Shown piece after piece: positions 27,225 through 42,406 of a DNA stretch of 64,000 nucleotides. A program made the position numbers and the translations under genes. This DNA is from Octopus vulgaris (taxonomy: Eukaryota). The stretch lies in assembly GCA_951406725.2 (NCBI GenBank), contig OX597837.1:45508001-45572000 (forward strand), given 5' to 3'. The notes beneath the pieces were generated by a model, which saw only the letters and a list, made by a program, of their open reading frames with translations, made no database searches and had not been told where the DNA came from. The stretch's first letter is position 1. Every line of letters begins with the position of its first letter.

Positions 27225-28229
27225 GTATGTATGAATTTACATGTTAAGGTTGGTCATAGGGTGACCATTGGTTTCGCACCTATAAAGCACTTAGCAGTAT
27301 AGGCGACTCTGTCCCTGCCGCAGGTAGGACGAGGTTATGGCCCTTACATCGGCTCCGGCTGTATTGATATTCGAAAAGTTGTGGAGGGCCTATTCAACGA
27401 ATTGGGATTTCAAGTCTGAAGTAGAAAACGTTTTAGATATGGGCACTGACTGAATACTTCTTTCTTGGAGTTTAAAAAGGTCCCAGGATCGAGCGAGATT
27501 TTTTCAGGACTCTTGCCCTTTCTGCCCAGCAGCCTTGACAATTGTTTTTTTGTTTACAAAACCAACTAACCGTTACGTATTTCTTCCTCCACTTGCCACT
27601 GTTATAACTTGGGATACTTTGGACACTATTGTTCCATATTTCAACAGATTATGTAAACTGTACACTTAGTATACTTTGTTTGTTGGAAAATTTCCAGATA
27701 TTGAAACAGATCACGATTCGTCTCAGTAGAAAATCCGAGATGTTGTCAAACTGTCACCACAAGCGAAAATTTGTTTGAAAGAAATTTCAGTCGGTTAACT
27801 TCCCAATCGAAACAAATTCTTCGTTTGCTGAATTCGATGAATTCAAAAGATTCACGACTGCCAGTCGCTCTGTGACTTGGGGGTTTGATTTACATTGGTC
27901 ATTTTACTTCGTGACCTGCCTCGAACAATGCGTAGCAATTGTGCTGGCGACCAATAAGGAGCGGCTTTACTATTCACATGTGGTTAAATTACCATCCATG
28001 AAAAACCCCTGAATGATCAAATACGTTTTGTATGTGTGTGAATTATTTGTTATATAATCATATTTAGACACATAGAGATATAATTAGACAGACAGATAGA
28101 TAGACAAGCAGGACGGCAAACAGACAGATCCTCGCATAGACATACAAATATGTACAGACTCAAACATTTAGTTGCTTCTGCCCGCGTGTGTATGTGTGTA
28201 TGGGTTTGCGCATTATGCAACAAGTGTAT

Positions 28230-28453
28230 ACATACATAATACATACATACATACATGCATGCATACATACATACATACATACATACATATACATACAAAT
28301 ATACATACATGCATGCATACATACATACATACATACATACATACATGCATACATACATACATACATTCATGCATACATACATACATACATACATGCATAC
28401 ATTCATAGATACATACATACATACATACATATATACATACATGCATGCATACA

Positions 28454-28487
<34 letters not shown>

Positions 28488-28590
28488 CATACATATATAC
28501 ATACATACATACATACATACATACATACATACATACATACATACATACATACATACATACATACATACATACATACATACATACATACAA
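28230..28590. repeat. (CATA)n array
   Basis: Seen directly. Confidence 0.97.
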
Positions 28591-30099
28591 GTAAACGTAT
28601 TTATTTTAGAATTTATTTATGTGAATGTATAGTATAAGAAATGGAGGGTGATAGTGTAGTTGATAGCGGTGGGAAGAGGGAAGAAAGGAGGACGGAGAGA
28701 GAAAGTGAGAGAGATGGTGAGAGGAGATTTAAAAGAGAAAGATGGAAAGTGAGACTGAGAACGGGAAGAGGAGAGAAGGAAATGGGGGAAATGGAAGTGG
28801 ATAAAGAAAGACGATGGGGGAAGCAAAGAGAGATGAGGTGAAAAAGGGAGAAGATACACGAGAGAGAAAAAAACTGAGACTAAAAAACGATGTCTAAATT
28901 TAAAGAGAAATGGAAAAAGAAACACGAACGATGATCTATTGACTTATTAATTTATTATATTATTAATTAATAAATTATATACATTAATCAACTTTTCAAT
29001 TAATCAAGGAAAGCTGAGGGGTTTTTTTTTTCATACAGCTAATATAGTAATTGTGAATAATTGGCTGGCCCTGATGACAAGGCGTTACACTACAGGCCAA
29101 AGGTACGTCGGTTCGATTCCATTTCCAGTATTGTAGTATATCTATGGTAACCAAGTATGTTGGGTTCTTAATGACCCGCTCTAATTACGATGGAGAGGGT
29201 GTGGCTGCGTGCTTTGCAACCAGACATGATTCGATCCCACATCACTGTGCCTTTAGAAAATACCATCTGCCATAGCATAAGGTTATGAGTTAAATGTTGT
29301 AGACTATGAAGGAGCTCGTTGTGTATGTATGTATGTATGTATGTATGTATGTATGTATGTATATATATATATATGTATGTATGTACGTGTGCATATATGT
29401 GTATGTATGTATATGTGTGTATGTATTAATGTGTGTGTATACATGTAAGCATGTATGTATGTCTGTGTATGTATTTGTACGTATGTATGCATGGGTGCGT
29501 GCATATATGGGTGTGTGTGTATGTATGCATGTATTATGAATGTGTGTGTATGTATATGTATGCATGCACGTATGTATGCATGCATGTATGTGTGTACGTA
29601 TGCATGCGTATAAATTTAAGTGTCCTGGTTATGACTTTCAACTGGATCCAGAAGCCGGACTCTGGTCCGAGAGTTCCGAGTTTCGGAGAGTGTGGAACCG
29701 CCCCTTAGCCATTATTTTTCCCAGATCTACTCTGACCCGAGGTTACAGTGCCTGTAAGGGTCCCAGCTATGTGTTAATTAGCATAATAGGGCTTGCATAT
29801 CGATGCATATGAAGACTTGATCCGGTGAAATCTGCGGAAGAATCCTGCTTAGTCCAACGGATTGCGAGAGGAAAAGAAGAGGCAAGAAAGACAGTTTGGT
29901 CATCCCCTGCATCTGTCTCCATCGCCAGTTGCCTTCATCTTGTCTTGTCACTGGATTGAAGATCGTCACAGACGACAGAGGAGGATTGATGGTGCTTCAT
30001 TTTAAACAAAATTCACCGTATGTCATTAGTCATCCTTAAGAAGTGGGTGGCCCTCGTTATTCTGATAGGGGGACGAATATCATGTATGTGTGTATACAT

Positions 30100-30605
30100 A
30101 TAACGTGATCACGTGACCGACCAATTTCTTTACTACTCACAAGGGGCTAAACACAGAGAGAACAAACAAGGACACACAAAGGGATTAAATCGATTATATC
30201 GACTCCAGTGCGTAACTGGTACTTCATTTAATCGACCCCGAAAGGATGAAAGGTAAAGTCGACCTCGGCGGAATTTGAACTCAGATCGTAACGGCAGACG
30301 AAATACGGCTACGCTTTTCGCCCGGTATGCTAAAGTTTCTGCCAGCTCGCCGACCATGCAATCAGATGTTGTTACCCATCGCTGATCACAATGCGCATTC
30401 ATTGTTTTAGCCTTCAAATGACACCACCCCGCTGGCTAGAGGAGCCGACCAACGTTCCCCACTTGATAAGGGGGTGGAAGACTGGTGTAATGTGAAATGA
30501 AATGTTCTCATCAATAACACAACGCACCGCGCACCCAGGGAGTCGAACCCACGATCTACCGATCGTGAGTACAGCAGCCTGACCACTAGCCCACGAGCTT
30601 TCACG
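30100..30605 (-). mobile_element. tRNA/CORE-like SINE family D hosting a nested SINE A
   Basis: Head gggctagtggtcagg...gggttcgactcc; CORE-like gttgtgttattgatgagaacatt; tail ends gtcacgtgatcacgt. Confidence 0.8.
30124..30349 (-). mobile_element. SINE family A nested in family D
   Basis: TSD CCGACCA at 30117-30123 and 30350-30356. Confidence 0.93.
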
Positions 30606-31087
30606 TCTGTTTATATATGGCACCAACAAGATACATGATATGCAAGTTAGTGTAACCATTTCAACAAAGTTCTGCTTTGCTACTACTACTGCTACTACTA
30701 CTGCTACTACTACTGCTGCTGCTGCCGCCACTGGTGGTGTTGTTGCTGCTGCTGCTGCTGCTCCTACTGCCCCTCCATGTTAGAAAAGGTGTTAAACTTC
30801 AAGGCGGCCTTGTTCTTACTGCTGAGAACACATGTAGATTAATTAAAAACAATTCCGACCAAAGCGCAGTAACATGCGAGCAGGCGAAGATCAGAAAATG
30901 TCGACAAAAAAAAGGCCGAGTGATCCGACATTAGTTTTTACGTGCGATTTCGCTGTTAACAGCCGCTTCGACGCCATCTTCTCCTCATCACGCTACACAT
31001 TTAGGGTTGTAGCATTGTTTCATATGCTATTGTGGTCTACCTGCGCTGCTGGCGACTCTGTGTGTGAATGTGTGCGTGTGTATTCTT

Positions 31088-32170
<1,083 letters not shown>

Positions 32171-32399
32171 TATATGCGCGCAAGCATCAATGATACGCAT
32201 ACATTTTCTCACACACACACACACAAGTATGTGTGAGCGTATTGATGCGTGCATGTGTGTGTGTACGTGTAAATGCATCCTCTAACACTACAATTAATTT
32301 TGGGGAAATGTTTCTATTTGAAAATGTTTCCATATGAGATTTTAAACATTGAGTATTCCAGCAGAGACTAATTACATGGAAACAATTTAAAATATCCTC

Positions 32400-32526
32400 T
32401 GTCGTCATCATCATCATCCTCATCAACACCACCACCACCAACAGCAACAACATCATTAGAATCAGCAGCAATATTAACAACCCCATCCTAACCACGATCC
32501 TCATTGCCACCCCAACTCATACAATT

Positions 32527-32576
<50 letters not shown>

Positions 32577-33030
32577 TACTCTCATCATCAACATCATTAT
32601 CATCATCACCACCATCATCTTCATCATCATCATCATCATCATCATCTTCATCATCATCACCATCGTCGTCGTCATCATCATCATCATCATCATCATCATC
32701 ACCAACATCATCATCATCATCATCATCACCAACATCATCATCATCATCACTACCCTAATGAAACTCTCCTTATCGCCATCACCACCATTATCATCAATAT
32801 AAGTCATCATCTTTCTCCTCATCATCCCCTTCCTCTTCCTTGTCTCCTTCATCATCATCACCATCATCATCACCACCATGAATATCTCCTCAATTTTATT
32901 TGGTAATTAAAATTGAAATCATAATTACCTCACGCAAGCAGAACAACAACAACAACGTCTACAACAACACCAGCAGCAACAACAACAGCAACAACACCAG
33001 CAACAACAACAACAACAACAGCAGCAGCAT
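32400..33030. repeat. (CAT)n and (CAA)n trinucleotide arrays
   Basis: Seen directly. Confidence 0.92.
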
Positions 33031-33210
33031 CCGTCGTCTCTCACGCAACCGTGATTCCCGTGTGTGTAATATCTCGTATGTCAGACTGATTTTGTTACAT
33101 AACGTGTCCTGCTGCCTTGGCCTAAACGGAAGACGGTGAGGGGTGAATTCAAAAACAGCTTTTAGCAAACACACACGGCGACCCGGTTTCGAATGCCGTT
33201 TGACCACACA

Positions 33211-33257
<47 letters not shown>

Positions 33258-33324
33258 GCACACATATACTCGAACGCATACATATACGGATATCGTGGCC
33301 AGTTCATAGGATAGGGTGGCCTAT

Positions 33325-33820
33325 CGAAATGCGTAGCGGTATTTCGTCTGCCGCTACGTTTTGAGTTCAAATTCCGCCGAGGTTGACTTTGCCTTTCATC
33401 CTTTCGGGGTCGATTAACTAAGTACTAGTTACGCACTGGGGTCGATATAATCGACTTAATCCGTTTGTTTGTCCTCTCTATGTTTAGCCCCTTGTGGGCA
33501 GTATAGAAATCGGTATTTCCTCTACTGTTAGGTTCTGAGTTCAAATTCTGCCAAGGTCGACTTTGCCTTTCATCCTTTCAGGGTCAATAAATTAAGTACC
33601 AGTTACGCACTGGGGTCGATATAATCGACTACCCCACCCCCAACCCCCAACCCCCCAAAAAGATTTCGAGCCTTATGCCTAGAGTGGAAAAGAATAGTTA
33701 GCACGCCGGGCAAGATGCATAGCGGCATTTCGTTCGCCTTTACGTTCTGAGTTCAAATTCCACCAAGGTTGACTTTTTGTCTTTCATCCTTTCGGGGTCG
33801 ATACAATATGTACCAGTGAA
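33325..33820 (+). mobile_element. Head-to-tail trimer of SINE family A
   Basis: Three successive gagttcaaatt...tttcatcctttc units. Confidence 0.92.
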
Positions 33821-34310
33821 GTACTTACCACGATGTAGTACCAGATGGATGTAATGGTTATAACTTAGTTTGACGATAAACCAAAATAACCAAAACACAC
33901 ACACAAACACACACACAGCAAATCAGTTCCGTCAACAAGTAATCCACAACTTTTTCTGGCGATTATCCCTTATTTACGATCGTTTCCGTCTAGTTAGTTA
34001 GCGTTTAAGGGCTGATTGGTTTTCTAAGTGGGTTTGAGTTGAGATCAGATCGAAGCGCTTGTTGTTTTAGCCTCATCTGCTGAGCAATCCTCGTTTCTCT
34101 AATAAGCAGACGATCGATTTTGTTGTTGTTTTTGTTTGTTTTTTTTTTTCTCTTTTCTCCTTCTTAGCTCCGATGTATGAATTCGATGTTGAAATCGGCG
34201 GAAATAGGATGTGTAATCACTAGAAAATCGGCGCAGATGTACTTCAGCTTTTAATCTGCTTCTTCCGCCAACGGAACGTGTCCGTATTTGGTCCTGTTTG
34301 TCTTCTTAAT

Positions 34311-34358
<48 letters not shown>

Positions 34359-34794
34359 ACACACACACACACAAGCGCATACACTTACAAAGATGTATTT
34401 ACAATTATGTGAGATATGAGAAATTTATTTTGCGAGTTCACATACACATATAAACACATATGTATATATGCACATATTTATATATGTGTGTATACGTGTG
34501 TGTATGTATGTATGTATATAAATATATATGAATATATATATATATATATATATGTATATTTATATATATATATATACGTATATATATATATATATATATA
34601 TCTATGTATATTTATATATATATATACATACACACATATACATATATGTATACATATCTATATTTCTACATATATATATAAGCATACTTATGTATACATA
34701 TGTATATAATATATTTATATGTTTGTATATACATAAATGCATATGCATATGAACAAACATGTTTACGTGTATATATATATATATATATATATAT

Positions 34795-35000
34795 TCCTTT
34801 ATTATTTTGTTTGTTTCAGTCATTTGACTGTGGCCATGATGGAGCACCACCTTTAATCGAACAAATCAACCACGGGATTTATTCTTTGTAAGCCTAATAC
34901 TTATTTTATTCTTTTGCCGAACCGCTAAGTTACGGGGGCGTAAACACACCAACATCGGTAGTCAAGCGATGGTGAGGGCCAAACATAGACAGACAGTTAT
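34795..35000 (-). mobile_element. SINE family B 3' half
   Basis: tttcagtcatttgactgtggccatg...ccgctaagttacggggg. Confidence 0.88.
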
Positions 35001-35679
35001 ATACATACATATACAACGGGATTAATCAAACAATCGATTAGTTAATTGTTGAATTCTTAACAAATTGACTAGTAATAACAAACGAAGTGAAAAGAACCAG
35101 TGTGTGTTCACCATTGGCATAATGACCCTCCGGAGCTTCAACAAAATCTGTTGCAAATCTAATGTCAAAGAACAATACAGAGAGAGAATGAGGAAGAGAG
35201 AGAGAGACAGACAGACACAAACTCGATAAATTAAGGATTCGTCTTTGCATTAATTACGGAGAGGGCACAAATATCTATTTTTACACTTACATCTATCTCT
35301 CCTCTTATTTTGTTCCATGTAATTTCTGTAAGTCTATTCATGGGTTGCATGCAGTCTGTTGATAAGTGTCTACCGATCTTGCTTCCTGATTCCAAGGCTA
35401 ATTCGATGCTTTGGAACGCTTACTATATCTGGTAATAAGTATTAATTATGTTAGCCATGCAACTATAGCTTACTTTCAAGTTGTGTCGGTTAAACAATAT
35501 GAAATATTTGTGCAGTGAGGAAATATTTCTGAATATTGTTTGGAAAATTTCTGGCAATACCGAGTTTTACAAAAGAAGTTGTTATGGGGATCGAATTAGA
35601 TTACCTTATAGTTCATGTCTTTACGTTGTTGTTTTTTTGTTGTTTTTTTTTTCTTGTCTCATTACCATATGATAGCTCT

Positions 35680-35880
35680 AGGTGGTGGGCTGTCAGACTC
35701 GTTAACGGATCGAATAAAATGTTTAACGGCATTTCTTCTGGCTCTTGATGTTCTGAGTTCAAATCCTGCCGAGGGAGGTCAACTGTATCTTTTATTCTTT
35801 TTGGGTCAATAAGGTAAAGTGCAAGTCAAGAACTGGAGTCGGTGCCATCAACTTCCCCTTCCCCTCAAATTTTCTGGCCT
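35680..35880 (+). mobile_element. Old SINE family A copy
   Basis: gttctgagttcaaatcctgccgag. Confidence 0.65.
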
Positions 35881-36039
35881 TCCTCTCTGCAACGGACTGA
35901 CGTAAATTTTAGGAGTAATGCTGTGATCTTTGTCACTTATAAGTCATGGAAACCTAGTGACCAGTTTTATGAGTCGTCGAGCTCAAGAAAAAAAGAATTG
36001 TAAAGACCGGGTTTGAAAATAAACTTAATTTTTCTTTTA

Positions 36040-36660
36040 AACGAAATTGTTCTTTCTAATCTTTCTACGAATGGCTTTTCTTTCTGTTCATGTAACACTC
36101 TGTTTCTTTTAAAACGTTCTGCTTTCTTGCGTATGTTTCTAAAAGTTCTTATCTTGATATTCAATATGACAGTCGGCTCTAGCATATAACTTTAATGTCT
36201 GTTAGAAAGGTTTCTTGCTGTTTCTAAGAATGGTTTTTCTTGCTTTTCAATAGAACAGTCTGTTTCTTTCAAAACGTTATGCTTTCTTGCATATGCTTCT
36301 AAACGTTCTTACCTCGATATTCAATATGACAGACTGTTGGTTCTAATACCTAACTTTTAATGTCTATTTAGAATGGTTTCTAGCAGTTCCTTAGAATGTT
36401 TTTCTTGCTGTTCAATATGGACAGTTTGTTGATTCTAAAATGTTATGCTAATGACTTTTAGAATGGTTTCTCGCTCTGTTTTCTAAGAACGGATTCTTCC
36501 ACTATACAATGTGACAGTCTCTTCATTCAAAAATGTTATGTTTATATCTTTTAGAATGTTCTTTTTTTTAAAGAATGGTTGCCTTGCTATTCGTTATGAC
36601 AGTCTGGTGAATCTAAAGTTGAATTATTTGAAGAAGATTAGAGATCTTCGTTTTGACAGC
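36040..36660. repeat. Degenerate minisatellite, 60-90-bp subunits with a ~160-bp higher-order unit
   Basis: 36099-36258 aligns with 36259-36424; subunits end in (t/g)gacag or aacag. Confidence 0.8.
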
Positions 36661-36856
36661 GTTTTAGTTGGTGAATCACCAAACACACAACCATTTTAAA
36701 ACACCAACTCATCAGTGCACGCAAACATGAACAAACACACGCAGATACATACACACACATACACACATAACTACAGACAGACACACGCACACATACACAC
36801 ACACACACATATATATACATATATATGTATGTAGATATGTATATATATACATATGT

Positions 36857-36892
<36 letters not shown>

Positions 36893-37092
36893 ACATACAT
36901 ATCTACATACATATATATGTACATATATGTATATACACATATATATGTGTGTATATATGTATATGTGTGTGTTTATGTCTGTGCGAGAGTATGTGAGTGT
37001 GTGTATGCGTGTGTGTGTGTGTGTGTGTAAATATATATATATAAAATATTTATATATAATATATATATATATTACATATATATATTATGTAC

Positions 37093-37249
<157 letters not shown>

Positions 37250-37883
37250 TGTTAAACGCGCGGACCAAGCATGAAGAACGTTAAAACATTTCTCTTCAGA
37301 AATTCTCTTCGCAATCAGATGATTAAATTGATTGTCATTTTCTCACACTTCCAAAGTTTATCATTCATTTTTTTTTCTTCTTATTTATTATTTATTATTA
37401 TTTATTATTATTTTTTTGCAAAGAATTGCATGTTTGTTTTAGTTTTATTTCGAATTTTTTTCCTTCTATTCTTTTTTTTGTTTGTTGATAAGTGCAAGAC
37501 AACAAGAACCAAATGTTGTTGACATTAAAAGTGAAGTTCCATTTATTTAACTGGTTCTACCATTTATGGATTATTTCTCTTTCCTTTTCATTTCTGTTTT
37601 TTTTTCTTTTTCCATGGCAGAGGGGAAAAAGCTTTTGATGTGACTCGGTTTGAATGTTTGAGGATTATTATTAAAATATTTGTCAAACTTTATTTATTGC
37701 TTTTTTTTATTTACGGGGCATGGGTCTGTCATTTAAAAAAAAGAACAATTATTAAAAAAAATGAATGAAATATAAAAAGAAAGGGAAAAATCATTGCCTG
37801 AAATTTCTCGCAGAAAATGGCAAAAATTCTTTGGAAAATGCGACTTTATAAAAGATTTCCAGATTCATCGCATAATACGTTTA

Positions 37884-37955
<72 letters not shown>

Positions 37956-38717
37956 CGTGTGTGTCTTCATGCATGCGCTTGCGTATTCTTGCACGTGATT
38001 ATGTTTCGTGTTTGCTCGTCTGTGTGTATATGTGTGTATGTGTGTGTGTATATGTGTGTATGTGTGTGTGTATATGTGTGTATGTGTGTGTGTCTATGTG
38101 TGTATGTGTGTGTGTCTATGTGTGTATGTTTGTATATGTGTGTATGTGTGTGTCTATGTGTATATGTATGTGTATGTGTGTGCGATTGTCTTATAAAGTT
38201 CATAAAAACTATGAGATAACACGGTTGGAAGTACATGTGTAGATGTGGGTGTATAGAAAGGTAAGTAAATATATGTGTGTGAGTGTCTACGCATATATAT
38301 AAATATATATACATATTTATACATATATATGCATATATATATAGACTCATATATTGTATGCATACAAGCATGTATATATGTATACGTATGTACATGCTTA
38401 TGTATCCATAAATATATATATGTATATATATATATGCATTATATATGTATGTGTGAACATGTATGTATGAATATATTATATATTGTGTGTGAACATATAA
38501 GTATGCATATTATATATGTATACGTGAATGTGTATGTATGCATGTATGTATAATATATGTATGTGTGAATGTGTAATTATCTATATTATACACAAAGATG
38601 TGAATGTGTATGTCTGTGAGTATATATGTGTATGCATATATCTATATATATAGAGAAGAGGAAATGCACGCTGTTCATACATTTATGTATATATGTATCT
38701 CTCTCTCTCTCTATATA

Positions 38718-38777
<60 letters not shown>

Positions 38778-39085
38778 GATATCTATGCATATACAACTGT
38801 AAAAGTGCAGACTTGCTTGTTTGTACAATGTGTGTGTGTTTCTGTATGTGTATATATACATGTATGTCTGAAAGTAAATATGTATGCAAGTATGTATGTA
38901 TGTATGTATGTATGTATGTATGTATGTATGTATGTATGCATGTATGTATGTATGTATGCATGCATGTATGTATGTCTGTATGTATGTATGCGTGTGTGCG
39001 TGTATGAATATCTTTTGTAAGCCAAGCAGACGGACAGACAGACGGACAGACGGGCAATCAGATAAGAAGAACCAAAGAATAAATA

Positions 39086-39121
<36 letters not shown>

Positions 39122-39469
39122 AGGAAAGAAGGAAATAAAACAGGGACATCGAGGGAGATAAAGGGAAAAAAAATGCGACCGTTTGAAAAGCTGTTATTTC
39201 CCTTAAAATTTGTTTTAGATGCGATGAAAACGGATTTAAAAATATAACGAATTCTTAAATATTCATTTTTATTTTTAACTGTTGGTTGACAGACGATTTT
39301 TAATGTGGAAAGCTAGAAACCTGTTGGAATTTTATATATAACTCTCACCTACGCACGCATGTGTGTCAGTGTGTGAATGTATTGCTGACGTCATGTTTAC
39401 AAGAGATGAGGTTTCGAATCGTACAAGCAGCCTTCGACTTTTTCTTTCCAAAGAATACATATATATCCA

Positions 39470-39889
39470 TTGGCAGTTGTGGAAATCAGCTGTCTTGCTT
39501 GCGAATGCCAACACGAAGCTAAAGATCAGCGGAAAAGAAAATACCTGCTCAGATCTATTAAGAAATTTGCAGTTAATCTGTCCAGATTACCAGTTCATGG
39601 TTATACCTGTAATTATCGGGGCACTGGGATAAGTAACACACTTCCTAAATACCAATCTTGAAAAATTAGGCTTCTCAAAACCAGAAAGGAGAAAGCTGAT
39701 TCGAAGACCACGAAGCCAATCCATCACTGGAACAGTAGAAATCTGTAAAACTTTCCAAAAGTTTATCATTTAAGTATATATGAGCATGTCTAGATATGCA
39801 AGTATATGCATGGAAATACATACATAAAACATACAAATCTGCACATACATACATACATACATACATACATACATACATACATACATACA

Positions 39890-39920
<31 letters not shown>

Positions 39921-40235
39921 GTATGTATATATGTGCAATCTGTAAGTGGAACAGTTGAAATATGCAAGACTTTTCTCAAGTTCCAAATGTGAATTTGTCT
40001 GTGTTAACTACATCCCAAAGATGGAACCTTGTATCTTTGTTGGAAACCGGGTCCCTCCTCAGTAGAAGATTTATAATAATTAAAGAAATACGAAAGACAT
40101 ACATACAAAAATACCCTGTTGGTATAGTTGAAATTCCAATGAAGGAGCCTAGGATCTAGGTTAGAAACCGATTCTTTCTCTACTGGCAAGAGAACTTGAA
40201 ATAAAACGGAATAATGACTACGTACATACATACAT
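39470..40235 (+). mobile_element. 5'-truncated R4/Dong-like non-LTR retrotransposon (restriction-like endonuclease C-terminus plus 3' UTR)
   Basis: VVEISC..KENTCSDLLRNLQLICPDYQFMVIPVIIGALG*V..NLEKLGF..SITGTVEICKTF; ends in (TACA)n. Confidence 0.8.
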
Positions 40236-40394
40236 ACAAACATACATGCATGCATGAATGGTTAAAAAAAGCTCGCTTAGAAAGCACATAGTTTCGGTTT
40301 TATTCCACTGCTCCCCTACGCGAAACTATGGGCAAGTGTCTTCCACTGTAGACGCAGACCGATAACTTCCTTACGAGTGAGTTTAGTAAACGGA

Positions 40395-40715
40395 ATCGTT
40401 GCTTAACTCGTTCTCAATCTTGAAACATTTCTTCAAGTTCCTTCAATATTAATTCTTTGGAATTCTTCAAATTTTCATCAGGTTTCTTTCTTTCGTCGTC
40501 TTCTCTCCTTTGTTGTTCTATCTCCAAGAACTTCATCATAATCCAAATCTTTGCGTTGTGTATCCAATAACTTCTAAACATTTAATGCATCAATTCCTCA
40601 AAACCCTTTCATCTTTTCAGATAGAAATAATTTCTTTAATTACATTATTCGCAGCAATTTCAAAACCAAGAAAATCATTAGAACTTTCTGGCAGCTGAGC
40701 TAAAGTTGTTTTAAT
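40395..40715 (-). mobile_element. pogo/Tigger transposase C-terminal remnant
   Basis: LPESSNDFLGFE..VIKEIISI..GFEE..V*KLLDTQRKDLDYDEV..KELILKELEEMF resembles the Tigger C-terminus. Confidence 0.62.
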
Positions 40716-40944
40716 TATCGGAGATCTTACCCGTGCCACCACCCTAACTTCTGCTCAGCAGTTGAATGTTACTTCTTTCAGGGAATAATAAAAACAGGAT
40801 TAATACTGAAAGTCTTCTGAAAGTCTTTAATATTTCCAGTTGTTATTCCTACTGCTTCGGAGAAAATTCTAATGAAATAATCGCCGGAAGAATAATACAC
40901 TGCTCTGTCGACTGTAGCAATGATTTCATTTATTTTTCGTGCAA

Positions 40945-41128
40945 GACAAGCAATTTTGAGGGGAAGCGGAACCCCAGGAATTGGATGGCACTGTATTTTA
41001 TAGACCGTGAAAAGATGAAAAAGTAAAGTCAACCTCGGCGGAAGTTGAACTGAGAACGTAAAGAGTCGGAAGGAATATTGCTAAGCATTTAGTCCGGTGC
41101 CGTAACGATTCTGCCAGCTCACCGTCTT
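40945..41128 (-). mobile_element. SINE family A, older copy
   Basis: aaagtcaacctcggcggaagttgaactgagaacgt...acgattctgccagctc. Confidence 0.85.
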
Positions 41129-41153
41129 TCTATCGCCTACGATAATCCTTTCT

Positions 41154-41292
41154 AAGGCGACGAGCTGGCAGAATCGTTAGCACGCTGGGCGAAACGCTTA
41201 GCGGTATTTCGTCTGTCTGAACGTTCTGAGTTCAAATTCCGCCTTTCATCCTTTCGGGGTCGATAAATAAAGTACCAGTTACACACTGGGGT
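41154..41292 (+). mobile_element. SINE family A with internal deletion
   Basis: aaggcgacgagctggcagaatcg...ttccgcc|tttcatcc. Confidence 0.88.
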
Positions 41293-41369
41293 GTGATTAG
41301 CAAATGAGTGCGTAGGGGTGGCGCAGGATTCTGAGGCCAACGACAAGAAAAGGATAAGTCTTGAAATAT

Positions 41370-41487
41370 TTTAACTTAACTGCCTCAAACCACCCGTTTT
41401 CACGACACAGCAGTATTCCTTCACGCACCCTCGAAGATTGCATCGCGGTCCCCTAAGCGACCGCGGACCCCAGTTTGAAAACCACTG
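41370..41487 (+). mobile_element. hAT MITE right-end fragment
   Basis: gcggaccccagtttgaaaaccactg, the same TIR type as 55169-55181. Confidence 0.65.
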
Positions 41488-41812
41488 TCCTATGCTGTAA
41501 CGATTCTGCCAATTTGCTGCCTTTCTGTCGGTTGTAATAATGGAGTTGTATTTATTTGTAAGAAGATAATATTCCCATTAACGGATAATTCATGGAGTCG
41601 GCTTAGAAGTCTGGGAATATTGTCTGGAAGTCAAAAGAGCGATGACAGTGTGAAAGTATTTCGCTTGCGTTAAAAACAGCGAAAAAATAAAAAAGATAAG
41701 CAAAGTGGTTCTGTCCGGAAATAAGCAAAGTGGTACTGTCCGGAAAATACTGTCGCCTGATTTTAATACGAGTGAATAAACTGTTCGTAAAATACAACTG
41801 AAATTTTTGCAT

Positions 41813-42172
41813 AGGCGCTCAGGAAGCGGAATCACAACAGGAATGACATGGTTCTGGGTTCAGCCCCACAGCGTGGCACCTTCAGCAAATGTCTTCTACA
41901 ATGGTCCCAGGTTGACCCAAAGCCTTGTGAGTGTATTTGGTAGACGGAAACTGAAAGAAGCTTTGTGTCTGTGTTTGTCCTTCCCTACCGCTTGACAACC
42001 AGTACTGATGTGCTTATGTCCCCGTAACTTAGCAGCTCGACAAAAGAAACCGGTAGAATAAGTACCAAGCTTAACAAAAAATAAGTACTGCGGTCAATTC
42101 CTTCGACTAAAAAACTTTTTAGGCGGTGCTCCAGCATGGCCGCAGTCTGGTAACTGAAACAAGTAAAAAATA
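41813..42172 (+). mobile_element. SINE family B
   Basis: ggttctgggttcagcccc...aggcggtgctccagcatggccgcagtc. Confidence 0.88.
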
Positions 42173-42406
42173 TATTTCTTTACTACCCACAAGGGGCTAA
42201 ACACAGAGAGAAAAAAACAAGGACAGACAAACGGATTAAGTCGATTATATCGACCTCAGTACGCAACTGGTACTTAATTTATCAACCCCGAAAGGATGAA
42301 AGGCAAAGTTGACCTCGGCGGAATTTGAACTCAGAACGTAACGGCAGACGAAATAACGCTAAGCATTTCGCCCGGCGTGCTAACGTTTCTGCCATCTCGC
42401 CACCTT
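42173..42406 (-). mobile_element. Full-length SINE family A inserted in the tail of SINE B
   Basis: 16-bp TSD AAACAAGTAAAAAATA at 42157-42172 and 42407-42422. Confidence 0.95.
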
